Assembly: GCA_036502145.1 (NCBI GenBank)
Contig: DASXZB010000013.1
Coordinates: 46,869 to 110,868, forward strand
Source of the DNA: Solirubrobacteraceae bacterium
GTDB lineage: Bacteria > Actinomycetota > Thermoleophilia > Solirubrobacterales > Solirubrobacteraceae
DNA length: 64,000 nt
Reading direction: 5' to 3'
The translations under genes were made by a program, and so were the position numbers. This document shows positions 29,161 through 40,208 of the stretch, one piece after another; the first letter of the stretch is position 1, and each line of letters opens with the position of its first letter. The notes below the pieces were generated by a model. That model saw only the letters and a list, made by a program, of their open reading frames with translations, was not told the origin of the DNA and searched no databases.

Positions 29161-30303
29161 GTGACTGAGATGTCGACTCCCGAACTGCATCGCACCGCGT
29201 TCGACAGTCTCCAGCGCGCGGCCGGCGCGACCTGGACCGACTGGGAAGGCTGGGCCTGGGCCGCGGACTTCGGCGACCCGGTGGCCGAGCATCAGGCCAC
29301 GCGGACCGCCTGCAACATGTGGGACGAGTCGCCGCTTCGCAAGTGGGATCTGAGCGGCCCGGACGCGGTGGCGCTGGCCGACGCGCTGTTCACCAACGAC
29401 ATGGCGGCGCTCGAGATCGGTCAGGTCCGCTACGGCGCTATCTGTGACGAGCAGGGCAAGATGATCATGGACGGCACGGTCTTTCGCCTCGCCGACTACC
29501 ACTGCCTGTCGATCACCAGCTACGACTCCGACCTGGCGTGGTTCCGGCAGGTCGCCTCTGACCGCGGGCTCGACGTGCAGGTCGAGGACCGTACGGCCCA
29601 GATGCCCCACCTGCAGGTCCAGGGTCCCAAGGCACGCGAGGTGCTGGGGCCGATCACCGAGGGCGTCGACGTCGGGGCGCTGCGCTACTTCCGGTTCGCC
29701 CACCAGGACGTGCGTGTCGGCGGCGCCCCGTGCTGGCTGTCGCGCACCGGATACTCGGGTGAGCTCGGCTTCGAGGTGTACTGCTCCGTCGACGACGCCG
29801 AGCGGGTGTGGAACGCGGTGCTGGAAGCCGGTCAGCCCCACGGGATCCGCCCTATCGGCCTGTCGGCGATCGAGACCCTGCGGATCGAGTCCGGCCTGCT
29901 GTTCCCCGACATCGATTACTTCCCGCACGACACCGACCCGTTCGAGGTCCGTCTCGACAACGTCATCAAGCTCGACAAGGCCGGCGATTTCGTCGGTCGG
30001 GATGCCCTGCGAGCGATCGCCGATCAGGGCACCCCCCGGCTGCTGACCACGCTGCGGATCGACGGCGACCAGGTGCCGGAGTACGGCGCGCCGGTGACCC
30101 AGGACGGCCGCGAGGTGGGAATCGTGCGCAGCCCCTGCCAGAGCCCCAGCTTCGACATGCAGGTGATCGCGATGGCGTCGGTGGACCGCGACCTGGCCCA
30201 GGAGGGCCAGCGGGTCGACGTGGCGTTGGGCGACGGCACCGTGGGCGCCACCGCGGCGCCGTTTCCGATCTACGACACTCAGAAGCGCCGCCCCCGCAGC
30301 TGA
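29161..30303 (+). CDS. Aminomethyltransferase (GcvT-like) folate-binding protein
   Basis: GPDA, DGTVFRL, QVQGPKAR, SRTGYSGELGFE, LRIESG, DFVGRDAL. Confidence 0.88.
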   Translation: MTEMSTPELHRTAFDSLQRAAGATWTDWEGWAWAADFGDPVAEHQATRTACNMWDESPLRKWDLSGPDAVALADALFTNDMAALEIGQVRYGAICDEQGKMIMDGTVFRLADYHCLSITSYDSDLAWFRQVASDRGLDVQVEDRTAQMPHLQVQGPKAREVLGPITEGVDVGALRYFRFAHQDVRVGGAPCWLSRTGYSGELGFEVYCSVDDAERVWNAVLEAGQPHGIRPIGLSAIETLRIESGLLFPDIDYFPHDTDPFEVRLDNVIKLDKAGDFVGRDALRAIADQGTPRLLTTLRIDGDQVPEYGAPVTQDGREVGIVRSPCQSPSFDMQVIAMASVDRDLAQEGQRVDVALGDGTVGATAAPFPIYDTQKRRPRS

Positions 30304-30339
30304 CAGCCGCTGCGCCCGACGGTCGCCACTGCGCGCCGT

Positions 30340-31182
30340 TCAGCCCGTGGGCGGCGTGAACTGGCTGAGGGTCAGTACCGCGCCCTGGGGGTCACGGATC
30401 ACCGCGGACCTGGTCCAGTCGGTGTCCGCCGAGGCGAGCACCGAGGCGCCCAGGCGCTCGACGGTGGCGACCGACTGGTCGCGGTCGGCGACCGTGAACG
30501 TGACATGCCAGTGCGGCGCCGAGGCCTCGGCCTCGAGCGACGCCAGCCAGCCGATCGCGTCCTCGAACCCAGGGGGGCCGAGCCCCGCCTGCCGGACGCG
30601 GATGTCGGGGTCGACGGTGGCCTCGAGGTGGTCGCCGTAACCGGGCCGGCGCCACATGGTGGCGGTCGCACCGCCTCCCAGATCCAGCGGGTGGGCCTCC
30701 CAGCCGAACACCGTGGCGTAGAACTCTTGGGCGCCGTCGGGGTCGTCGGTGTGCACATCGCTGAAGTTCCAGGCGCCGACCCCGTTGACGATCTGCGGTC
30801 CCGGACGCCGGCCGGCCTGCCAGAGGCGGAACTGCGCGCCGGCGGGATCGGCGCAGACCGCGGCCCGGCCGGCCGGACCGGCGGCCTGAGGAGCGGACAC
30901 GACCGCGCCACCGGACTCCTCGACGAGAGCCGCCGCGGCGTCCGCGTCGTCGACGGCCACATACGTGTTCCAAGCCGCGCTGTCGCCCGACCCCGGCGCG
31001 ATCGCCGCGGCATCGCTTCCATCGAGTGAGGCGATCCAGTACGACGGCGACCCCGCGGGAGCTGCGTCCTGAAACGTCCAGCCAAAGAGCTCGGAGTAGA
31101 AGTGGCGGCCGGCCAGGGGGTCGGGCTGGTCGGTGTCGACCCAGCACGGCACGCCGTGGGGATAGGTTCTGGCGTCATTCAT
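30340..31182 (-). CDS. VOC/glyoxalase family protein (two domains)
   Basis: GVPCWVD, FYSELFGW, WNTYVAVDD, DPAGAQF, IRDPQGA. Confidence 0.88.
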   Translation of the reverse strand: MNDARTYPHGVPCWVDTDQPDPLAGRHFYSELFGWTFQDAAPAGSPSYWIASLDGSDAAAIAPGSGDSAAWNTYVAVDDADAAAALVEESGGAVVSAPQAAGPAGRAAVCADPAGAQFRLWQAGRRPGPQIVNGVGAWNFSDVHTDDPDGAQEFYATVFGWEAHPLDLGGGATATMWRRPGYGDHLEATVDPDIRVRQAGLGPPGFEDAIGWLASLEAEASAPHWHVTFTVADRDQSVATVERLGASVLASADTDWTRSAVIRDPQGAVLTLSQFTPPTG

Positions 31183-33344
31183 GAGACTCCCTGCGCCGGT
31201 TGCAGCTCGGCGCTCTTGCTCAGCGCCTCCTCGATCAGCTCGGTCAGCTCGCGCAGCTCGATCCGCTCCGCGTTGCCCGAGGTCTTGATCGCGTCCTCGT
31301 ACATGGTGACGTCCTTGGGACAGGAGACCACGAACAGGTCCACCTCGGGGAGGCCGACGGCCTCGCGGATGCGGTTCTCGGACGGACGCTCCTGGCCGGG
31401 GTCGTCGGCGATCCAGATGCGCCCGCCGCCGGCACCGCAGCAGAACGAGTTGTCACGGTTGCGCGGCATCTCGACCAACGTACAACCGAGTCGCTCAAGG
31501 ATCCTCCTCGGCGCCTCGTACTCGCCCTGGAAGCGGCCCAGGTGGCAGGGGTCGTGATAGGTCACCCGATAGGAGAGCCGGTCGGCCACGTCCAGGCGGC
31601 CGGACTCGATCAGCTCCAGCAGCAGGGCCGTGTGGTGCACCACCGACCACTGGCCGCCGAGGTCGGGATACTCGTTTCGCAGCGTGTTGAGCGAATGCGG
31701 GTCGCTGGTCACGATGCGCTGAAACTCGCAGCCTTCGATCTCTGAGATGTTGTGCTCGGCCAGGGACTCGAACAGCCCCTCCTCGCCGACGCGCCGGATG
31801 TCGTTGCCGGAGTTGCGCTCGCCCTCGTAGAGGATCCCGAAGTCGACCCCGGCGCCGTGCAGCAGGCGCGCCAGCGAGCGGGTCACCCGCTGCGAGCGCG
31901 GGTCGAACGAGGCGTAGTCGCCGACGAACCACAGCACGTCCACCGGTGACTTGCGGGCGTCGGTGACCTCGAAGTCGAGCTCCTTGGTCCAGCGACCGCG
32001 CCGGCGCCGGTTCTCACCGAACGAGTTGCCCGACTTGTGGATCACCTCGAGCGTCGACTGGAGGTTTGCGTCCATCTCCCCGTCCTCGACCAGCCGCCGG
32101 CGCAGCTGGTTGATGATCGGAGCCTGCTCGATCCCCACCGGGCAGATCTCCACGCACGCGTTGCACTGCATGCACGACCACACCGTCTCGGTGCGCACCC
32201 CGTCGGGCCCGATGACGCTGGCCGTGAAGCCGTCGCCGTTGGCGCGGCCGTCGACCAGCGCCCCGAGCACGCCGCCGATCGATGCGCCGGCGCCGGCATG
32301 ATTTGCCTGCTCGCGCAGCTCCAGAACCACGTCACGGGGCGACAAGGGGCGTCCGGTGGCGTTGGCCGGACACGCCTCGTGGCACTTGCCGCACTTCGTG
32401 CAGGCGTCGAGCTGCAGCAGGTGCAGAGGGCTGAAGTCGGCCAGCGTCCCGTAGCCGGCGGGCTCGGATGCCCGGGCGGGCGGGATCGGCGCCAGCCGCT
32501 TTCCGGCTTGCCGATCGCGCAGCGACAGGCTGACGAAGCTCGACAGCATGTGCGCGGCCTTGGTGTAGGGGATGCTGGCCACGAACACGATCGCCAGCAG
32601 GCCGTGAAACCACCACAGGCCGTGCCGTAGCCCAGCCAGCGTGGCGTGGTCGATACCGGTCAGAGCCTGAGCGACGATCCAGCCACCGAACTGGGTGGCC
32701 CCGTAGCCCGGCTGGTCCATCGCGATCCGGACACCTTCGAGCACGAAGCCCGTCAACGCGATCACCACCAGCGTGATCACGAACGCCCAGTCCCCGAGCC
32801 GGTACACGCGCCGGTCGTACTGGGGATCGCCGGCGGCGCGGTCCGGGCGTGCGTAGTCGAGCTTGGCCGGGCGGACGATGGCGCGACGAACCATCATCAC
32901 CAGCACGCCCAGGATCAACAACGTGCCGAACACGTTGAGCACTTCCTTGTAGATCAGGTAGAAGTTGCCGTGGAAGTAGCTCCAACCGAATACCGGCGAC
33001 GTGAAGTCGGTGTCGAAGCCGAGGATCACAGTGCCCGCGAACAGCACGATGAAGCCGTAGAAGATGGCGGCGTGCGCGCCTCCGGCCGTGTGGTCGCGCC
33101 GCTCGATCGTGCTGTGGGAGAGCAGCAGCCGGGCGCCGGTCACCAGGCGCCCCGGCAGCTCACGCCAGGGACACGGCGGCCAGGGTCCGCCGTGACCGCG
33201 GCGGTACTTCACGATCGGCCGCAGCACCCCGTACAGGAAGACGATCACCGAGGCCACCGCCAGCGCGTACCAGATGACCTTCAGCCACGGGACGAAGTGC
33301 CAGAAGACCGGCCGCGTCTTGGTGGCCGCGAGCAGGAGCGCCAC
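31179..33344 (-). CDS. Membrane Fe-S oxidoreductase (FadF/EtfD/DgcB-like), candidate ETF:menaquinone oxidoreductase
   Basis: N-terminal NarI-like TM region with His; CTKCGKCHEACP and CMQCNACVEICP 4Fe-4S motifs; CCG domains (YHDPCHLGR, FCCGAGGG); operonic with etfAB. Confidence 0.87.
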   Translation of the reverse strand: MALLLAATKTRPVFWHFVPWLKVIWYALAVASVIVFLYGVLRPIVKYRRGHGGPWPPCPWRELPGRLVTGARLLLSHSTIERRDHTAGGAHAAIFYGFIVLFAGTVILGFDTDFTSPVFGWSYFHGNFYLIYKEVLNVFGTLLILGVLVMMVRRAIVRPAKLDYARPDRAAGDPQYDRRVYRLGDWAFVITLVVIALTGFVLEGVRIAMDQPGYGATQFGGWIVAQALTGIDHATLAGLRHGLWWFHGLLAIVFVASIPYTKAAHMLSSFVSLSLRDRQAGKRLAPIPPARASEPAGYGTLADFSPLHLLQLDACTKCGKCHEACPANATGRPLSPRDVVLELREQANHAGAGASIGGVLGALVDGRANGDGFTASVIGPDGVRTETVWSCMQCNACVEICPVGIEQAPIINQLRRRLVEDGEMDANLQSTLEVIHKSGNSFGENRRRRGRWTKELDFEVTDARKSPVDVLWFVGDYASFDPRSQRVTRSLARLLHGAGVDFGILYEGERNSGNDIRRVGEEGLFESLAEHNISEIEGCEFQRIVTSDPHSLNTLRNEYPDLGGQWSVVHHTALLLELIESGRLDVADRLSYRVTYHDPCHLGRFQGEYEAPRRILERLGCTLVEMPRNRDNSFCCGAGGGRIWIADDPGQERPSENRIREAVGLPEVDLFVVSCPKDVTMYEDAIKTSGNAERIELRELTELIEEALSKSAELQPAQGVS

Positions 33345-33391
33345 GGCGGCCTAGGGACGACGGCGGGGCGCCGGCCGGCGAGACCCCAGCA

Positions 33392-34351
33392 TCACTCGAG
33401 CACCTGCTCCAGCTCGTCGGCGACCTCGAACAGGTCGGCCACCGCCCCGAAGTGGGCGACGCCGAAGATCGGCGCCTCCGGATCGGTGTTCACGGCGATG
33501 ATCGTATCCGCGGTGCGCATTCCGGCCAGGTGCTGCACGGCGCCGGAGATCCCCAGCGCCAGGTACACGCGCGGCTTCACCGTCTTGCCGGACTGGCCGA
33601 CCTGCCGGGCGCTCGGCATCCACCCGGCATCGACCAGCGGCCGCGACACGCTCAGGGTGGCCCCCAGCTTGTCGGCCAACGCCTCGAAGCGCGGGATCTC
33701 GTCCTGGTCCTCGACGCCCCGGCCGATCGAGACCAGGAACGGCGCCTTGGTTATGTCGACATCGGCCTCCTGTACCTCCTCGAAGCCGAGATGCTCGCTG
33801 GCTGCCACGCCGTCGAGGTCGAGCTCGACACTGCGCGCAGCCGCCGCTTCGGACCCGGCCGGGACCGGTTCGAACGTACCCGGGCGCGCCATCAACAGCG
33901 TGCACTCCTTGCCGGGGAACTCCAGCTGGGCCACCAGCTTGTCGCCGTAGGCGCCGCGACCGGCGACCGGACCGCCGTCCCACGACAGCGAGATCACGTC
34001 GCTGGCGAACCCCAGACCGCGGCGGGCCGCCACCGCCGGCCCGAAGCCGAGCGAGTCGATGGTGTGGCCGAGCAGCACCAGGCCGGGACGCTCGGCTTCG
34101 ATCAGCTCCTCGAGCGCCCGCTGCCACACGTGGGCCTCGAAGTGCTCGGTCGGCGCGGTGACCAGCAGCAGCTCGTCGACGCCGTCGGCCGACAGGGCCG
34201 GGGCGAAGCGATCCGGCTCGGGGTCCAGCACCGCGACCAGGACGCGACCGCCGGCCTGCCCCTTGACCGCCAGCGCGGCGCCGATCAGCTCCAGCGAGAC
34301 CTCGCGCAGCTCGCCGCGTCGCGCCTCGGCGACCACCAGCACGTCGCTCAT
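33392..34351 (-). CDS. etfA: Electron transfer flavoprotein alpha subunit
   Basis: SRPLVDAGW, RQVGQSGKTVKP, GISGAVQHLAGM, AVNTDPEAPIF. Confidence 0.95.
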   Translation of the reverse strand: MSDVLVVAEARRGELREVSLELIGAALAVKGQAGGRVLVAVLDPEPDRFAPALSADGVDELLLVTAPTEHFEAHVWQRALEELIEAERPGLVLLGHTIDSLGFGPAVAARRGLGFASDVISLSWDGGPVAGRGAYGDKLVAQLEFPGKECTLLMARPGTFEPVPAGSEAAAARSVELDLDGVAASEHLGFEEVQEADVDITKAPFLVSIGRGVEDQDEIPRFEALADKLGATLSVSRPLVDAGWMPSARQVGQSGKTVKPRVYLALGISGAVQHLAGMRTADTIIAVNTDPEAPIFGVAHFGAVADLFEVADELEQVLE

Positions 34352-34382
34352 CCGCGGCACCTCGCTCGCGACGACATGCCGC

Positions 34383-35180
34383 TCATCCCGACATCCGATC
34401 TCGCACGATCTCCACGATCCGGCTCGCCACCTCGTTGGGCGAGCCGTCGATCATCTCGGCGCCCTCGCCGCGGTCGGGAGGCCTCAGGTCGCGCCGCCGC
34501 GAACCGGCGGCCGCCGCCAGGGCGTCGGCGTCGACGCCGAGCTGCGCCGGTGCGGTCACCTCGAGCGGCTTCTCGCGCGCCTGCTTGATCGCCCGCAGGT
34601 TGGCGTACCGCGGCTCATTGATCCCGGTCTGGATGGTGAGCAGCGCCGGCGTGCGCAAGCGCACCACCTCCACCAACCCGCCCTCCAGCTCGCGCTTGAC
34701 GGTCGCGGTGGACTGAGCGGGGTCGTAGTCGAGCTGCTTCACCACCGCCACGTGCGGCATCTCCAGATAGCCCGCCAGCGCCACGCCGGTGGCCCCGTTG
34801 ACCGCGTCGGAGGACTGCACTCCGCACAGCACCAGGTCCGGGGACTCTGGGGTCACCGCGGCCGCCAGAACCCGGGCGATGGCCAGCGGATCGGCGTCGC
34901 TCAAGGCCTCGTCCCAGATCCGCAGGGCGCGGTCCGCCCCCCGGGCCAGGCAGCCCAGCAGCGCCTCTTCGGCCTCCTCGTCGCCGACAGTGACCACCAC
35001 GACCTCGCTGTCGTCGCCGCCGGCGCCTTCGCGCAGCGTCAACGCCGCCTCCAGCGAGAACGCGTCCCACTCGTTGAGCTCGAACTCGAGGAAGTCCGGA
35101 TCGACCCCTGAGCCGTCTTCGAGCAGCTCGAACTCGTCGTCGAGCGCGGCCACCTGCTTGACCGGGACGACGATCTTCAC
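34383..35180 (-). CDS. etfB: Electron transfer flavoprotein beta subunit
   Basis: MKIVVPVKQV, NEWD, GADRA, GVQSSD, RELEGG, INEPRY. Confidence 0.95.
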   Translation of the reverse strand: MKIVVPVKQVAALDDEFELLEDGSGVDPDFLEFELNEWDAFSLEAALTLREGAGGDDSEVVVVTVGDEEAEEALLGCLARGADRALRIWDEALSDADPLAIARVLAAAVTPESPDLVLCGVQSSDAVNGATGVALAGYLEMPHVAVVKQLDYDPAQSTATVKRELEGGLVEVVRLRTPALLTIQTGINEPRYANLRAIKQAREKPLEVTAPAQLGVDADALAAAAGSRRRDLRPPDRGEGAEMIDGSPNEVASRIVEIVRDRMSG

Positions 35181-35216
35181 ACCGGCCTCGTGGCTCTGAG
35201 CTGTGCGTCCGCCGGG

Positions 35217-37421
<2,205 letters not shown>

Positions 37422-37432
37422 CTAGGCCCTTA

Positions 37433-37484
37433 TGAACAAATAGGTTCAGGTCGAAGTTCTAGCGGATTTGCCCAGCGCTGTCCA
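37433..37484 (-). promoter_or_regulatory. tmd promoter plus palindromic operator
   Basis: Minus strand TGGACA-N17-TAGAAC; TGAAC-AAATAG-GTTCA at 37433-37448, with perfect arms, just downstream of the -10. Confidence 0.65.
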
Positions 37485-37538
37485 CAGGCCCCAGCCGCCC
37501 CGTCGCGGGCCCCTCCAATCGCCGTCACGGACGGCCTC

Positions 37539-38021
37539 TCAGAGGTCCGTGGGCATCCATACCAGGCAGTCTGCCTGCCGGCGGACCCGGCGCGCGGCCA
37601 GCCTCAGCCACCAGCGCGGGGTCTTGTGGACGTCTGGGCCCAGCACCACCAGCCCCACGCCGCGCTCGCGCACCAGCTCTATCAGCGCCGCCAGAGGTCG
37701 CCGGCTCGAGACCCGCAGCAGCTCGGTGTGGATCCCCAGCGCGGCGGCGCGGGCCGCCGTCTCCCGGACCGCGTCGAGGTCCTCCTCGTGCGGGAGCGTG
37801 GCGTGCTCGCGCGCCAGCATCAGCGTGGTGGGGTGGGGCGGCAGCCACAGCATGTTGGCCAGGATCAGCCGCGACCGGGTCTCGAGCGCCGAGTCGATCG
37901 CCATCCGCTCGGCCCGCGGATCCACCCTGACCGAGAGCGTCGCCAGCAACACCGGCCGCGGCACCGCAGGCCCCGCGGGGGCGGGCGGATCGCTGCGGGT
38001 GCGTCGCTGCAGGGTGGTCAC
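37539..38021 (-). CDS. Universal stress protein-like
   Basis: RPVLLATL, ELVRERGVGLVVLG, CLVW; start placed at GTG 38021. Confidence 0.65.
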   Translation of the reverse strand: MTTLQRRTRSDPPAPAGPAVPRPVLLATLSVRVDPRAERMAIDSALETRSRLILANMLWLPPHPTTLMLAREHATLPHEEDLDAVRETAARAAALGIHTELLRVSSRRPLAALIELVRERGVGLVVLGPDVHKTPRWWLRLAARRVRRQADCLVWMPTDL

Positions 38022-38141
38022 TTGAGGCCGTCTTTCAGATGATCTCACGCCCGGGTGGCGGCGGCTCGGCCCGGAGAGCAGCCGCCCCGCTTCCGGCGGA
38101 CACCGCCCCCGCTCCCTCCGGACAAAGTTAGCCATAGCTCG

Positions 38142-38170
38142 TTGACCCTCTTTGTACAAACTGGTATAAC
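38142..38170 (+). promoter_or_regulatory. APC permease promoter with operator in the spacer
   Basis: TTGACC (38142-47)-N17-TATAAC (38165-70) with a TGn extension; TGTAC-AAACTG-GTATA at 38153-38168. Confidence 0.7.
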
Positions 38171-38236
38171 CGCGCCACAACGCGCCGGGCACCGCATGGA
38201 GCGGCCGGTGCGCCGATTACTGAGGAGGGATCAGGC

Positions 38237-39730
38237 TTGGCTACTGCCACCGTCGAGGAGGTTCAGCTCCTCAAGACCCTGCGCTGGTGGGACGGGTTCA
38301 TCATCGCGTTGTGCAACCCCGGCTTCCTCCTCGGGAGCCTCGGCTTCACGCTCGGCATCTTCGGCGTGGTCGGCTCGATGATCCTGTGGGGTGCGTCGGC
38401 CGCGATCGGGACCCTGCAGGCCTGGATCTACTCCGAGCCCGCGACGATGTTCGGTCATCGCAGCGGCGGGATCTCCCTGTACGCGCACGAGGGCTGGCGC
38501 AAGTACACGACGTTGGTCGGGCCGCTGTCGGCGTTCGGCTACTGGATCGGCTGGTCGGTGGTGCTGTCGATCTTCGGCAAGATCATCGGCGACCTCGCCG
38601 TCGGGCAGTGGTGGCCCAATTCCGGCCTCTCGATCGGTTTCCTCGGCAACACCCTGACGCTGTCCTCGTTCATCGCGATCGGCTGCATCATCTTCGTGTG
38701 GACCTTCAACATCTTCGGTCTGCGGCCCGCGGTCTGGTTCACCTACGCCTGCGCGGCGCTGTTGATGGTGCCGCTGGCGCTGTTCATCGTGGTCCCGTAC
38801 TTCACCGGCGACTGGCACTCCTCCAACGTCCACGCCACCTTCACCGGCCCCTGGGGCGGGATCAAGCTGGCGCTGGTCTACATGTTCATCCTGGCCTGGT
38901 CGGCCTACGGGACCGAGGTCTGTGCCACCTTCGCGCCCGAGTACAAGAGCATCCAGGACACCCATCGAGCGCTGCGCAGCGCCGCCACGTTCATGCTGCT
39001 GGTCTGCATCCTGCTCCCGCTCGGTCTGGGCGGCGTGACCGGAGCGGTCCCGTCGGCCACCGCCGAGGGCCAGTTCTACACCCAGGCGATGACCCAGATC
39101 GTCGGCCACGGCGCGGCAAGCTTCTTCACGATCTGCATCATCGGCAGCCTGCTGCTGTCGATGACCTCCTCGACCGCCGACGCCGGAAGGGCGCTGTACG
39201 GCATCTCCCGGGCCGGGATGACGATCAAGCAGTTCGGGGTGCTCAACCGCTTCCACGTCCCGGGGCGGGCCATGACCCTGGACCTGTTGGTCAACATCCT
39301 GCTGGTGCTGCTGATCAAGTCCAACCTGGCGATCCTGTACCTGAGCAACATCGGCTACGTGCTGGCCCACGTGTTCGCGCTCAGCGGCTTCCTGCTACTG
39401 CGCCGCGACCGGCCCGACTGGCCGAGGCCGATCAAGGTGGGCAGCGGCTGGCTGCCGGTCGCCGCGTTCCTGTGCGCCCTGAACGCGGTGTTCCTGGTCG
39501 TCGGCGCGCTGGCTCCGAACCTGAACGGCTACGGCACCTGGACCGACTTCTGGATCGGTGTCGGCGTGCTGATCGGCTCGCTGGTGCTGTTCATCTTCCG
39601 CCGTGTGGTCCAGGACGGCGAGGGCGTGCACATGCGCGAGGAGGTCCCGCTGGTGCCCAACGCCCAAGAGAGGGCCGAGCTCGGTATGCCTCCCACCACG
39701 ACCTCCCCGTCGGCGCCGGCGGTGGTGTGA
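38237..39730 (+). CDS. APC-family amino acid/amine permease (candidate methylamine/TMA uptake)
   Basis: About 12 TM helices; WSAYGTE, FAPEY, GRALYG, LRRDRPDWPRP; GAGGAGG SD. Confidence 0.9.
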   Translation: MATATVEEVQLLKTLRWWDGFIIALCNPGFLLGSLGFTLGIFGVVGSMILWGASAAIGTLQAWIYSEPATMFGHRSGGISLYAHEGWRKYTTLVGPLSAFGYWIGWSVVLSIFGKIIGDLAVGQWWPNSGLSIGFLGNTLTLSSFIAIGCIIFVWTFNIFGLRPAVWFTYACAALLMVPLALFIVVPYFTGDWHSSNVHATFTGPWGGIKLALVYMFILAWSAYGTEVCATFAPEYKSIQDTHRALRSAATFMLLVCILLPLGLGGVTGAVPSATAEGQFYTQAMTQIVGHGAASFFTICIIGSLLLSMTSSTADAGRALYGISRAGMTIKQFGVLNRFHVPGRAMTLDLLVNILLVLLIKSNLAILYLSNIGYVLAHVFALSGFLLLRRDRPDWPRPIKVGSGWLPVAAFLCALNAVFLVVGALAPNLNGYGTWTDFWIGVGVLIGSLVLFIFRRVVQDGEGVHMREEVPLVPNAQERAELGMPPTTTSPSAPAVV

Positions 39731-39743
39731 GAGGCGGCGGCTG

Positions 39744-40160
39744 GTGATCAAGACAATCGTCGTCGGCTACGACGACTCCGACGCGTCGCGGCGGGCGCTC
39801 GAGCGCGCCGCGACGCTGGCCAAGGCATTCGAGTCAAAGCTGGTGGTGACCAGCGTCGCCCCGGTGACCACCACCGCCACCGCGCGATCGCTCGGCGCCG
39901 ACCCGACGGACACGGCGGAGGAGCATCGCGCCGAACTGGCTCTGGCCCACGCGTACCTCGACGGCCAAGGGCTGACCGCCGACTACGTCGAGGCCGTGGG
40001 ATACCCGGGCGAGTCGATCCTGGCCGCGGCGGCTGACCGCTCAGCGGACATGATCATCATCGGGACGCGAGAGCTCGGGATCGTCCAGCGCCTGCTGGGA
40101 CAGAGCATCTCCGACAAGGTCACCCACGGCGCGCACTGCGACGTGCTGATCGTCCACTGA
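39744..40160 (+). CDS. Universal stress protein (UspA family)
   Basis: TIVVGYDDSDASRRAL, ADMIIIGTR, LLGQSISDKV..AHCDVLIV; start at GTG 39744. Confidence 0.9.
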   Translation: MIKTIVVGYDDSDASRRALERAATLAKAFESKLVVTSVAPVTTTATARSLGADPTDTAEEHRAELALAHAYLDGQGLTADYVEAVGYPGESILAAAADRSADMIIIGTRELGIVQRLLGQSISDKVTHGAHCDVLIVH

Positions 40161-40208
40161 CCGGAGACCAGCTGAGCGCAGCGCCCTGCGTGGCAAGAAC
40201 GGCGTTCG

